Shown here in pieces: positions 31,963 to 41,044 of a stretch of 64,000 nucleotides of DNA (its first letter is position 1; the number at the start of each line of letters is the position of its first letter). The notes below the pieces were generated by a model. That model saw only the letters and a program-made list of their open reading frames with translations, was not told the DNA's origin and did no database searches. Origin of the DNA: an uncultured Thermoleophilia bacterium (lineage in GTDB: Bacteria; Actinomycetota; Thermoleophilia; Miltoncostaeales; Miltoncostaeaceae); the NCBI GenBank assembly GCA_963762825.1, contig CAVXLZ010000001.1, positions 724,541 to 788,540 of the forward strand, read 5' to 3'. Made by a program: the position numbers and the translations under genes.

Positions 31963-32730
31963 TCATTCGCGCGCCCCACGTGTGCGCGCCCCACGTGTAT
32001 TCGAGCAGCACTCGTCGGCACAGCCCGGGGCCGGGGCGATCTCGGGGATCATGGGGTCACAGCATCCGCACCCCTCACCCCGCCAGGCAAGGACGCCCTC
32101 GCGAACGGCGACCGCGGCGATCAGCAGGGCCACCGCGGGGTCGAGCCACCAGGCGCCCAAGAGGGCGTTGCCGAGCAGTCCGACCAGGAGCGCGCTGGCG
32201 AGGTAGGCGCAGAGCAGGTTCTGGGCGCCCTCGCCCTTGGTCGCGACCGAGCCCAGACGCTCGCCGATCCGCCGCTTGGCGACTCCGAGGATCGGCATGC
32301 CGACGAGGCTCGTGACTGCGAGGACGATCCCCAGCCAGCTCGTGGCGGGGCGCTCGCCCGACATCAACGCAAGGACTGCCTCGACGCCCACGTAGGGCGC
32401 CAACAGGAAGAACTGAATTGCCACGAGCTGCTGTGCGCGCCGCTCGGCGTGCTCGGACAGCGTGCGGTGGCCGGTGAACCGCCAGATGATGATCGCGCTC
32501 GCAAACCCCTCGATCCCGGAGTCGAGGCCGAATCCGATCAGCGCCACCGAGCCCGCGACGAGGCCCGCGATGATCGCGATCGCCCCCTCGGCGGTCATCC
32601 ACACGAGGCTGATCCACGACAGTCGCCGCGCCCACGCGGCCATGCGAAGCCACTCAGGGCTGCCGACGGGCGCGGGGGTCGGCATCGGGGGTCCGGCCGG
32701 AACTGCGACGCCGACCCGCCGGGTGCTCAT
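31963..32730 (-). CDS. Cation-efflux-like membrane protein (short CDF type) with Cys-rich tail
   Basis: GSVALIGFGLDSGIE, WWLDP, C-terminal GCGCC...GCADECC. Confidence 0.8.
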   Translation of the reverse strand: MSTRRVGVAVPAGPPMPTPAPVGSPEWLRMAAWARRLSWISLVWMTAEGAIAIIAGLVAGSVALIGFGLDSGIEGFASAIIIWRFTGHRTLSEHAERRAQQLVAIQFFLLAPYVGVEAVLALMSGERPATSWLGIVLAVTSLVGMPILGVAKRRIGERLGSVATKGEGAQNLLCAYLASALLVGLLGNALLGAWWLDPAVALLIAAVAVREGVLAWRGEGCGCCDPMIPEIAPAPGCADECCSNTRGARTRGARE

Positions 32731-33089
32731 CGGGAGACCTCAGCCGGGTCGAGCACGGCATCGAGGAGGGCGCGTCCGGAATCGGTGAGCCGGTAGAGCA
32801 CCATCTTGCCCTCCCGACGCGAGTTGACGATCCCCCCGCGTCGGAGCACCCGCAGGTGATGGCCGACGAGCTGTTCCGAGCGCTCCGCGATCCAGGACAG
32901 ATCGCACACGCAGAGTTCCTCGCCTTCGGCACCCGCGAGCACCGCCGCGACCCCGAGGCGGGTCGGATCGCCGAGCGCACGCGCCCGCTCGGCGGCGGAG
33001 TCAGCGGTCCCGGGAACCAGGCGCTGAGCCCGCAGCGCCTCCGCGCGCGGGAGATCGAGACAGAGAAGGTCACAGCGATCGTCGGCCAT
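32727..33089 (-). CDS. ArsR/SmtB (CadC-like) metal-sensing repressor
   Basis: CDLLC N-terminus, ALGDPTRL, ELCVCDL, HHLRVLR. Confidence 0.9.
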   Translation of the reverse strand: MADDRCDLLCLDLPRAEALRAQRLVPGTADSAAERARALGDPTRLGVAAVLAGAEGEELCVCDLSWIAERSEQLVGHHLRVLRRGGIVNSRREGKMVLYRLTDSGRALLDAVLDPAEVSR

Positions 33090-33163
33090 GGAGCATCATA
33101 CTAATATCGGTTTTGGTGCTTGCCCGTATGGCGTGGGGCTCACCCCAGCCTGGGATATGAGGG

Positions 33164-33187
33164 TATGAGCAGCGCCTCATATATTCT
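33164..33187 (+). promoter_or_regulatory. Putative ArsR/SmtB operator abutting a -10 box
   Basis: TATGAG-N6-CTCATA inverted repeat followed by TATTCT, 8 nt before ATG 33196. Confidence 0.6.
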
Positions 33188-33195
33188 TTGAGGTC

Positions 33196-33561
33196 ATGAG
33201 CCATGGCGTTTCAGGTCCCGCGAGCCCAGCGACCATCGACGAGCCTCTGGCCGAGGAGGTGGCGGACGCCCTCAAGGCGCTCGCGAGCCCGTCGCGGCTG
33301 CTGATCCTCGGCCGGCTGCGCGAGGGACCGTGCGCGGTCAGCGAGCTCTCTCAGGCCGCCGCCCTCAGCCCATCGGCGACCTCGCATCAGCTGCGCCTTC
33401 TTCGCAACATGGGATGGGTGACGCGCGAGCGCCGGGGCCGCGAGGTGCACTACGCCCTTCACGACCCCCACGTGGCCGACCTGATCGCGCAGGCCGTCTA
33501 CCACCTCGAACATGTGCGGCTCGCCCGCCGGAGGCGCTCCGCCGCGCCCGGAGCGGCATGA
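33196..33561 (+). CDS. ArsR/SmtB repressor (alpha5-site, NmtR/CzrA-like)
   Basis: ALASPSRL, SHQLRLLR, LHDPHV...HLEH. Confidence 0.9.
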   Translation: MSHGVSGPASPATIDEPLAEEVADALKALASPSRLLILGRLREGPCAVSELSQAAALSPSATSHQLRLLRNMGWVTRERRGREVHYALHDPHVADLIAQAVYHLEHVRLARRRRSAAPGAA

Positions 33562-34540
33562 GCAGCGGGCCTCACGCCCAGGCCCACGAGGCTCACACGC
33601 ACGACCACCCCCATCACCACGGCCCGGGCGGTCACAGCCACGGCGGCGTCAACGCGTCGCTGCTGAAGAGTCAGGAGGCGATTCGAACGCTCTGGCGCTC
33701 GCTGATCATCCTCGCGGTGACGGCCGCTCTGCAGATCGTGGTGGTGATCGTGTCCGGCTCGGTTGCTCTGCTCTCCGACACCGTCCACAACGTGGGCGAC
33801 GCGCTCACCGCGATCCCGCTCGCTGCGGCGTTCCTGCTCGGCAGGCGGCCTCCCACGAGCCGCCTTACCTACGGCTGGGGGCGCACCGAGGATTTGGCGG
33901 GCCTGGCGGTGCTGGCGATCATCCTGTTCTCTGCGGTCTACGCGGGTATGAGGCGATCGACCGCCTCATCCACCCGAGCAACCCCGGCTACCTGCTGGCG
34001 GTCGGTTTCGCCGGGGCGGTCGGCTTCGCCGGCAATGAATGGGTCGCCGTCTATCGCCTGCGCGCCGGCCGGCGCATCGGGTCGGCCGCCCTTGTCGCCG
34101 ACGGCTACCACGCTCGGATCGACGGCTTCACGAGCCTCGCGGTCGTGGCCGGCGCGATCGGCGTCGCACTCGGCTTCCGGCTCGCCGACCCGATCGTCGG
34201 GTTGGCAATCGCGGTGGTGATCCTGCGCATCGTCTGTACGTCCGCGAAGGAGATCGGCCTACGGATCCTCGACGGAATCGAGCCCGAGATCATCGAGGCG
34301 ATCCGCCACCAGGCCGGCGACGCCCCGGGGGTGCAGAGCGTCGGCGAGGTGCGCGCACGCTGGGTCGGGCACGAGATCCGAGCCGACGTGCGGGTAGTGG
34401 CCTCGGGCGCGTCCACCTTAGAGGAGGCCCACCGGGTCGCCGCCGCCGTGAGCGCCCGGCTGCAGGAGCGGGTGGACCACCTCTCCGAGGCCCTGGTGCA
34501 GGTCGAGCCTGACCCGATTCCGCGAGCCGGTATCAGCTGA
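33558..34540 (+). CDS. Cation diffusion facilitator transporter (apparent 1-bp loss at 33944-33946)
   Basis: His-rich N-terminus, SDTVHNVGD, ADGYHARID, LADP, VRARWVGH; frames join if the GGG run is GGGG. Confidence 0.85.
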
Positions 34541-34801
34541 GGCGCCGTCCGGTCCCCTCGGCCGGTTCCTGCGCAAGGGCTTTCCGCGGAGAGCGCCGGC
34601 GCGCTGTCCTGAACGGCGCGCGGCTAGGTTCTCAGCCCTCGTTCCGTTGCGGGGCGGACGGGGCCACAACCCGATCGTGCCTGGCCTCCTCGAGCGACCC
34701 CGAGGAAGCCATCCTCGAGGTCCGTTCGGCGCCCTTGGCGGATCGGGATGTGTACCAGATGTGTACCGAGACGCCCCGGCGCACCTGAGGCTCGTCTCCT
34801 A

Positions 34802-34835
34802 GAACGACGAAACCCCCCACGATAAGCGGGGTTCC
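34802..34835 (-). terminator. Intrinsic terminator downstream of tRNA-Arg
   Basis: Minus strand ggaacccc...ggggtttcgtcgtt hairpin with T-rich tail. Confidence 0.6.
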
Positions 34836-34841
34836 GGGTAG

Positions 34842-34914
34842 TGCGCGCGGCAGGATTCGAACCTGCGACTTCTGGCTCCGGAGGCCAGCGCTCTATCCAC
34901 TGAGCTACGCGCGC
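34842..34914 (-). tRNA. tRNA-Arg(CCG), CCA not encoded
   Basis: GCGCGCG acceptor stem, TAGCTCAGTGGATAGAGC D-arm, CTGGC/CTCCGGA/GCCAG anticodon arm, GGTTCGAATCC T-arm. Confidence 0.97.
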
Positions 34915-34936
34915 AACGGCCGCTAGCTTAGACCAC

Positions 34937-35509
34937 ATGGAGTCCGCCGCCAGCCGTGACGACGCGCGCGTCGTTGCCGTGATCTCGGACACGCACATGC
35001 CCGGGCGCGCGCGGGCGCTGCCCGATGCCTGCCTGGCGCGCCTGCGCGCCGCGGACCTGATCGTGCACGCTGGCGACTGGTCGGATGCGGGGACGCTCGC
35101 GATGGTGCGATCGATCGGGCCGCCGCTGGTGGCGGTGCACGGGAACGTGGAGGAGCCGGCCGTGCGGCGTGCCCTACCTGCAACGGCGGAGATCGCCGTC
35201 GGAGGGATCGTGATCGGCGTGGTCCACAGCGGCGGGCCGCAGGCCGCCCGCCTCGAGAGGATGCGAAAGCGCTTTCCCGGAGTGGCCGGAGTGGTGTTCG
35301 GGCACTCGCACATCCCGCTCCACGAGGTGGCCGAGGACGGGTTCTTCATCCTCAACCCGGGGAGCCCGACCGACCGGCGGCGCGCCCCACGGCACAGCAT
35401 GGCCGAGATCCGCCTCGTGCCGGGTGAGCCTCCGGGGGTGAGCTTCTGGGCCGTCGACGAGCCGGCAGGTCCTCTCGGGCCCGATCTGGTGCGCGGAGCG
35501 CGCGACTAG
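34937..35509 (+). CDS. YfcE/MJ0936-family metallophosphoesterase
   Basis: SDTH, HAGD, GN, GHSHIP, NPGS. Confidence 0.9.
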   Translation: MESAASRDDARVVAVISDTHMPGRARALPDACLARLRAADLIVHAGDWSDAGTLAMVRSIGPPLVAVHGNVEEPAVRRALPATAEIAVGGIVIGVVHSGGPQAARLERMRKRFPGVAGVVFGHSHIPLHEVAEDGFFILNPGSPTDRRRAPRHSMAEIRLVPGEPPGVSFWAVDEPAGPLGPDLVRGARD

Positions 35510-35518
35510 GATCACGGG

Positions 35519-36532
35519 ATGGACCTGTTCGTCACCCTGATCGGCACGGCCGCCTCTGTGCCGACCACCGCCCGCGGCACGGCGGCGACTCTCGTCGCGC
35601 GCGGTGGCGAGCGCTGGCTCGTCAACTGCGGCGAGGGGACCCAGCGGCAGCTGCTGCGCTCGGGTCAGGGGCTGGTCGATCTCGACCTGATCCTGATCAC
35701 CCACCTTCACGGCGACCATTACCTCGGCCTTCCCGGCCTCTTCAAGACCTACGGCCTGCGAGGTCGTACGCGGCCTCTGGAGCTGCTCGGTCCACGGGGC
35801 CTGATCCGGCTGATGGAGACGCTGCAGCCGATAATCGGTCGTCTTCCGTTCCCGGTGGACATCGAGGAGATCGACGAGCAGGGCCCGGCCGTGGCGATGG
35901 TGGGCGACGGGTACCGCATCGAGGCCTTCCCCACGCGCCACTCCGTTCCCTCGCGCGGTTACGCGCTGGTGGAGGACCCGCGCCCCGGGTCCTTCGACCT
36001 GGAGGCCGCTCGGGGTCTCGGTGTCACTCCCGGGCCCGACTTCGGCGTGCTGCAGCGCGGGGGGGAGGTGGTCACGGCCGAGGGTCGCACCGTGCGCGCC
36101 GACGAGGTGCTCGGCGGTGCCCGGCCCGGCCGCACCGTCGTGCTGTCGGGCGACACCGAGCCCTGCGAGGCCACCCTGGAGGCGGCCCGCGGCGCCGCCG
36201 TGCTCGTGCACGAGGCCACGTTCCTCGACGAGGACCGCGACCGGGCCCGCGAGACCCGGCACACCACGGCCCGCGAGGCGGGCGAGCTGGCGCGCCGGGC
36301 CGACGTCGGGCTGCTGGTCCTGACGCATCTGTCGAGCCGCTGCGCGCCGGGCGAGATCCGGGCCGAGGCGGCGGCCGAGTTCGAGCGGACGCTGGTTCCG
36401 CGGGACTTCGACCAGATCGAGATCCCCTTTCCGGAGCGCGGAGCGCCGATCGTCCACCCCGCCCGCGGCGGGTCGCGGCGCGGGCCGTCCGACGCGGCGT
36501 CGGAGGCACCTGCTAGCGTGGGCGCGGAGTGA
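35519..36532 (+). CDS. rnz: Ribonuclease Z
   Basis: CGEGTQRQ, THLHGDH, PGPDFG exosite, SGDT, HEATF, LTHLSSR. Confidence 0.92.
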   Translation: MDLFVTLIGTAASVPTTARGTAATLVARGGERWLVNCGEGTQRQLLRSGQGLVDLDLILITHLHGDHYLGLPGLFKTYGLRGRTRPLELLGPRGLIRLMETLQPIIGRLPFPVDIEEIDEQGPAVAMVGDGYRIEAFPTRHSVPSRGYALVEDPRPGSFDLEAARGLGVTPGPDFGVLQRGGEVVTAEGRTVRADEVLGGARPGRTVVLSGDTEPCEATLEAARGAAVLVHEATFLDEDRDRARETRHTTAREAGELARRADVGLLVLTHLSSRCAPGEIRAEAAAEFERTLVPRDFDQIEIPFPERGAPIVHPARGGSRRGPSDAASEAPASVGAE

Positions 36533-36564
36533 CCTTTAAGCCGGTCCGGCGAGGCCGAGAAGGA
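36532..36564 (+). promoter_or_regulatory. PyrR-binding RNA stem-loop (pyr leader)
   Basis: CCTTTAA-GCCGGTCCGGCGAGGCCGAGAAGG fits the CCUUUAA...RGUCCnGnGAGGCUGAGAAGG PyrR consensus, directly upstream of pyrR. Confidence 0.85.
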
Positions 36565-36611
36565 GTGAGGATGCATCACCGTGTTGCTGGACCCTGCCCG
36601 CGTCCGTGGGC

Positions 36612-37166
36612 GTGAGCGGTCCCGGCGGGAGGGTCCTGGTCGATCCGGATCAGGTTCGTCGCACCGTCGCGCGCATCGCGCACGAGATCGTCGAGCGCCA
36701 TGGTGAGCCGGAGAACCTCGCTCTGGTCGGCATCCACACTCGCGGCGTGCCACTGGCGGCGCGCCTGGCGCGCCTGATCGGAGAGTTCGCGGGCACCCAG
36801 CCGGCCACGGGGACGGTAGACATCGCCCTCTACCGGGACGACGTCGGCCTTGACGGCCGCCGCGGCGCCCTGCCGGTCGTGGGCGACACCGTGCTCGACT
36901 TCAACGTCGCCGAGCGGGCGGTGATCCTGGTGGACGACGTGCTCTTCACCGGGCGCACCATCCGCGCCGCGATCGACGCCGTCTTCGACTACGGGCGGCC
37001 CCCGCTCGTCCAGCTCGCCGTGCTGGTGGATCGCGGCCATCGCGAGTTGCCGATCCGCCCCGACTATGTCGGGAAGAACCTTCCCACGGCGCGTTCGGAG
37101 CGTATCGCGGTGCGCCTGGCGGAGGTGGACGGCGCCGACGAGGTCGTGCTCGAGGAGAACCCGTGA
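36612..37166 (+). CDS. pyrR: Pyrimidine operon regulator / uracil PRTase
   Basis: RIAHEI, DIALYRDD, VDDVLFTGRT, DRGHRELPIRPDYVGKNLPT. Confidence 0.95.
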   Translation: MSGPGGRVLVDPDQVRRTVARIAHEIVERHGEPENLALVGIHTRGVPLAARLARLIGEFAGTQPATGTVDIALYRDDVGLDGRRGALPVVGDTVLDFNVAERAVILVDDVLFTGRTIRAAIDAVFDYGRPPLVQLAVLVDRGHRELPIRPDYVGKNLPTARSERIAVRLAEVDGADEVVLEENP

Positions 37167-38119
37167 CCCGGCGGTCGCTCCTGACGATCGCCGACCTCGA
37201 CCGCGCCGAGATCGCACGCATCCTGCGGGTGGGCAACCGGTTCGCCGAGGTGATGGAGCGCGACATCAAGAAGGTCCCCACCCTCCGCGGCCGGACCATC
37301 ATCAACATGTTCTTCGAGGCCTCCACGCGCACCTCGACCTCCTTCGAGCTGGCGGGAAAGCGGCTGTCGGCCGACGTCGTCAACGTTAAGGGCTCGGGGT
37401 CGAGCGTGGAGAAGGGCGAGACCCTCAAGGACACGGTCATCACCCTCAACTCCTACGCGCCCGACGTCCTCGTCATCCGCCACGCGTCGGTCGGCGCCTG
37501 CCAGCTCGCAGCGCGCTTCACCGACGCCGCCGTTATCAACGCGGGCGACGGAAAGCACGAGCACCCGACCCAGACCCTGCTCGACCTGTACACGATCGAA
37601 CGCGAGGTCGGCCCTCTGGACGGCCTGCACGTCGCGTTCGTCGGGGACGTCGCCCACTCGCGAGTGGCGCGCTCGGGGATCCGCGGCTTCCAGATGATGG
37701 GCGCGCATGTGACGCTGATCGCGCCCCCCACGTTGATCCCGCGCGACGCCCATGAGGCGCTCGGCGTGACCACATCGACCGACATCCGCGACATCGCCGA
37801 TGCCGATGTGGTCTACGTGCTGCGGATGCAACTCGAGCGGATGGGGCCGGGCGGCTTCGTTCCTTCCCTGCGCGAGTACGCGTCCACATACGGCGTGAAC
37901 CACGGGCGCCTGCGCGCCGGCCAGCGCGTGATGCACGCGGGGCCGATCAACCGGGGCGTCGAGATATCCGGCGCGCTCGCAGACGACCCCAAGACCCTCA
38001 TCGAACGACAGGCGGCGAACGGAATGGTGGTGCGGATGGCGGTGCTCTACGACCTGCTGGCCGGTCCCTCCGCGGGTGCGGAACCCGCCGAGCACCCGAT
38101 CGGCGCGGTGAGCGCCTGA
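37163..38119 (+). CDS. pyrB: Aspartate carbamoyltransferase
   Basis: FFEASTRT, INAGDGKHEHPTQ, RMQLER. Confidence 0.96.
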   Translation: MTRRSLLTIADLDRAEIARILRVGNRFAEVMERDIKKVPTLRGRTIINMFFEASTRTSTSFELAGKRLSADVVNVKGSGSSVEKGETLKDTVITLNSYAPDVLVIRHASVGACQLAARFTDAAVINAGDGKHEHPTQTLLDLYTIEREVGPLDGLHVAFVGDVAHSRVARSGIRGFQMMGAHVTLIAPPTLIPRDAHEALGVTTSTDIRDIADADVVYVLRMQLERMGPGGFVPSLREYASTYGVNHGRLRAGQRVMHAGPINRGVEISGALADDPKTLIERQAANGMVVRMAVLYDLLAGPSAGAEPAEHPIGAVSA

Positions 38120-39417
38120 TGGGCGCGCGCCTGGTGCAGCGTCCCGGCCCACGGGCCTCCCTCGTCATCCGGGGGGCGCGTGTGCTCGATCCCGCGGCCG
38201 GAATCGACGAGGTGCGCGACCTGGTGGTGCGCGACGGGACGATCGGGGGCGATCCCGACGGCCTCGAGGTGATCGACGGCAGCGGCATGATCGCCGTGCC
38301 CGGTTTCGTCGATCCGCACGTGCACCTGAGGACTCCGGGGCGGGAGGACCTCGAGGACATCGCCACCGGCAGCCTCGCGGCCGCGGCGGGGGGCTACGTC
38401 ACGATCGTGGCGATGCCCAACACGAGCCCGGTCGTCGATTCGGCGGCCGTGCTCGGGACGCTTCTCGACCAGGCCGAGCGCGACGCGGCCGTGCGGGTGG
38501 GCTTCTTCGCGGCGATCACCGTCGGCCAGCAGGGCAAGGAGCTGACCGAGCAGGTCGAGCTGGCCCAGCTCGGCGCGGCGGGCTTCAGCGACGACGGCCA
38601 CCCGGTGGTCGACGCCGGCGTGATGCGCCGTGCCCTGCAGTATCAGCAGATCACCGGGCTTCCACTGGTGCTGCACGAGGAGGACCCGCACCTTTCGGGG
38701 CGCGGCGTCGCCCACGAGGGGGCGGTGGCGAGCCGCCTCGGCCTGGCGGGGATCCCCCCGATCTCCGAGAGCGTGGCGGTGGCACGCGATGCCGCGCTGG
38801 CCGAGTACGAGGGCGGGCGCATTCACATCTGCCACGTCTCGGCGTCCGAGACCGTGGAGGAGGTACGTCGCGCCAAGGCCCACGGGGTGAGGATCACCGC
38901 GGAGGTCACTCCCCATCATCTGGCGCTCACCGACGCGGCGATCGCTTCGCTCGACGCCTCCCGGCACAAGATGAACCCGCCGCTCCGTGAGGAGTCCGAC
39001 CGCCGCGCGCTGATCGCGGCCCTCATCGACGGGACCCTGGATCTGGTGGCCACCGACCACGCACCCCACGACGCCGACGAGAAGGAGGTGCCCTTCGAGG
39101 AGGCCCCGTTCGGCATCACCGGACTGGAGACCGCGTTCGCGGTCTGCAACACGAACCTCGTGCGCACCGGCGACGTCCCGCTGGCGGTGCTCGTGCGGCG
39201 GATGAGCACCGATGCCGCGAGCGCCCTCGGCCTGCCGGTGCCGACGCTCGCCGACGGGGCGGTGGCCGATGTCGCCCTGATCGACCCCGAGTCCACCGTG
39301 ACGGTGGGTGAGGGGGGCTTTCAGAGCAAGTCACGCAACTCGGCCTGGCTCGGCGAAGAGCTGACCGGGCGGGTCAACCTGACCATCGCGGGAGGACAGA
39401 TCGCATGGCGACCATGA
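38119..39417 (+). CDS. pyrC: Dihydroorotase
   Basis: DPHVHLR, MPNT, KMNPPLR, ATDHAPH. Confidence 0.95.
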   Translation: MGARLVQRPGPRASLVIRGARVLDPAAGIDEVRDLVVRDGTIGGDPDGLEVIDGSGMIAVPGFVDPHVHLRTPGREDLEDIATGSLAAAAGGYVTIVAMPNTSPVVDSAAVLGTLLDQAERDAAVRVGFFAAITVGQQGKELTEQVELAQLGAAGFSDDGHPVVDAGVMRRALQYQQITGLPLVLHEEDPHLSGRGVAHEGAVASRLGLAGIPPISESVAVARDAALAEYEGGRIHICHVSASETVEEVRRAKAHGVRITAEVTPHHLALTDAAIASLDASRHKMNPPLREESDRRALIAALIDGTLDLVATDHAPHDADEKEVPFEEAPFGITGLETAFAVCNTNLVRTGDVPLAVLVRRMSTDAASALGLPVPTLADGAVADVALIDPESTVTVGEGGFQSKSRNSAWLGEELTGRVNLTIAGGQIAWRP

Positions 39418-39977
39418 GCGCGCGCCACCCGGCTCTGCTGCGCCGGGAATCGACCGGGCTGATCCTGGTGGACGTGCAGGAGGCCTTCCGGCCGGTGATC
39501 GAGGGCTTCGACAGCGTCGTCGCCAACTGCGGGATCCTCGCCGAGGGCTTCGGCGTGCTGGGGAGGCCGGTGCTCGTGAGCGTCCAGTACACGAAGGGCC
39601 TCGGCGAGACCGTGCCCGAGCTGGCCGAGCGCCTGCCCGAGGGCACGCCGATCGTGGAGAAGATGCGCTTCTCGGCCTGCGGCGTGCAGGGCTTCGACGC
39701 CCACCTCCAGGAGGCGGGCTGCTCGGGATGGGTGGTGGCGGGCATCGAGACCCACGTCTGCGTGAACCAGACGGTGCTCGACCTGCTCGCCCGCGACTTC
39801 ACCGTCCACGTCGCCGGCGACGCCGTCTCCTCGCGCACCGCGCTCAACCGCACGCTCGCACTCGAGAAGATGGCCTCCGAGGGGGCCGAGATCACCAGCA
39901 CCGAGATGGCCCTCTTCGAGATGCTCGAGGTGGCGGGTACGCCCGAGTTCAAGGCGATCTCCCGGCTGGTCAGATGA
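39414..39977 (+). CDS. Isochorismatase-family hydrolase
   Basis: LVDVQE, QYTKGLGET, KMRFS, GIETHVCVNQT. Confidence 0.9.
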   Translation: MSARHPALLRRESTGLILVDVQEAFRPVIEGFDSVVANCGILAEGFGVLGRPVLVSVQYTKGLGETVPELAERLPEGTPIVEKMRFSACGVQGFDAHLQEAGCSGWVVAGIETHVCVNQTVLDLLARDFTVHVAGDAVSSRTALNRTLALEKMASEGAEITSTEMALFEMLEVAGTPEFKAISRLVR

Positions 39978-41044
39978 CCTCTGCGGGCGCGGCGTGGGTC
40001 GTGCTCGAGGACGGGCTGGTGCTGGAGGCCCGCGGCGTCGGAGCCCCTGGGACGGCGCTCGGGGAGATGGTCTTCACCACCGGCATGTCGGGGTATCAGG
40101 AGGCGGTCACCGACCCGTCCTACCTCGGTCAGATCCTCTGCTTCTCGGCGCCGATGATCGGCAACTACGGCGCCGGACCGGCCCACGACGAGAGCGCGCG
40201 GGCGTGGCCGGAGGGGGTCATCATGCGCCGCGCCGGCGATGCCCCCGGGGCCGGCGGCCCGGGCGGCTGGCGGCGCTGGCTCGTCGATCGCGGCGTGGTG
40301 GCGGTTGAGGAGTGCGACACGCGCAGGCTGGTGCGCCGGCTGCGCGACGCCGGGGCCATGCGCGGCGGAGTGACGACCGAGCTCACCCCCGAGGACCTGC
40401 TCGCCCGGGTCCGCGCGCATCCGATGCTCGACGGTCGCGACCTGGCCTCCGAGGCCGCCGGAGCACCACGCACGCTGGGCCGCGACGGCCCCCGCGTGGT
40501 CGCGGTCGACTGCGGCATGAAGGAGAGCATCGCCCGCGGCCTGGTGGGCGCCGGGTGCCGGTTGGACGTCGTCCCGGCAGGGACGAGCTCCACGGACATC
40601 CTCGCCCGAGAACCCGAGGCGGTCTTCCTCTCCAACGGCCCCGGCGACCCGGCCGCGGTGATACCGGTGGTCGAGGCCGTGCGGGGGCTGCTCGGCCAGG
40701 TGCCGGTGTTCGGCATCTGCCTCGGCCACCAGATGCTCGCCCAGGCACTCGGCCTGAGCACCCGCAAGCTCGCCTTCGGCCATCGGGGCGCCAACCACCC
40801 GGTACGCCGCAGCGACGACGGGACGGTCGAGATCACGGTGCAGAACCACGGCTACGCGGTGGTGGCGGACGACCTGCCGGACGGTGTCGAGGTGACGCGG
40901 ACGAGCCTCTTCGACGGCTCGGTCGAGGGCATCGCCGCTCCGGAACTCGATGCGTGGTCGGTGCAGTACCACCCCGAGGCGAGCCCCGGTCCGCACGATG
41001 CGCGCTACATGTTCGCCGAGTTCGTCGGCTCGCTGAGGCGCTGA
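39974..41044 (+). CDS. carA: Carbamoyl-phosphate synthase small subunit
   Basis: [27 protein letters not shown]. Confidence 0.96.
   Translation: MTSAGAAWVVLEDGLVLEARGVGAPGTALGEMVFTTGMSGYQEAVTDPSYLGQILCFSAPMIGNYGAGPAHDESARAWPEGVIMRRAGDAPGAGGPGGWRRWLVDRGVVAVEECDTRRLVRRLRDAGAMRGGVTTELTPEDLLARVRAHPMLDGRDLASEAAGAPRTLGRDGPRVVAVDCGMKESIARGLVGAGCRLDVVPAGTSSTDILAREPEAVFLSNGPGDPAAVIPVVEAVRGLLGQVPVFGICLGHQMLAQALGLSTRKLAFGHRGANHPVRRSDDGTVEITVQNHGYAVVADDLPDGVEVTRTSLFDGSVEGIAAPELDAWSVQYHPEASPGPHDARYMFAEFVGSLRR

Larger units (their letters stand above)
31688..34883. mobile_element. tRNA-Arg-anchored mini genomic island (~3.2 kb) carrying metal-efflux genes; no intact integrase
   Basis: Flanking 41-bp direct repeats; cargo is two ArsR regulators and two cation transporters. 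Confidence 0.85.

Noticed and set aside
31968-31997. 15-bp tandem duplication gcgcgccccacgtgt at the end of the cation transporter gene
   Set aside because: Two copies only; a local slippage event with no evident function
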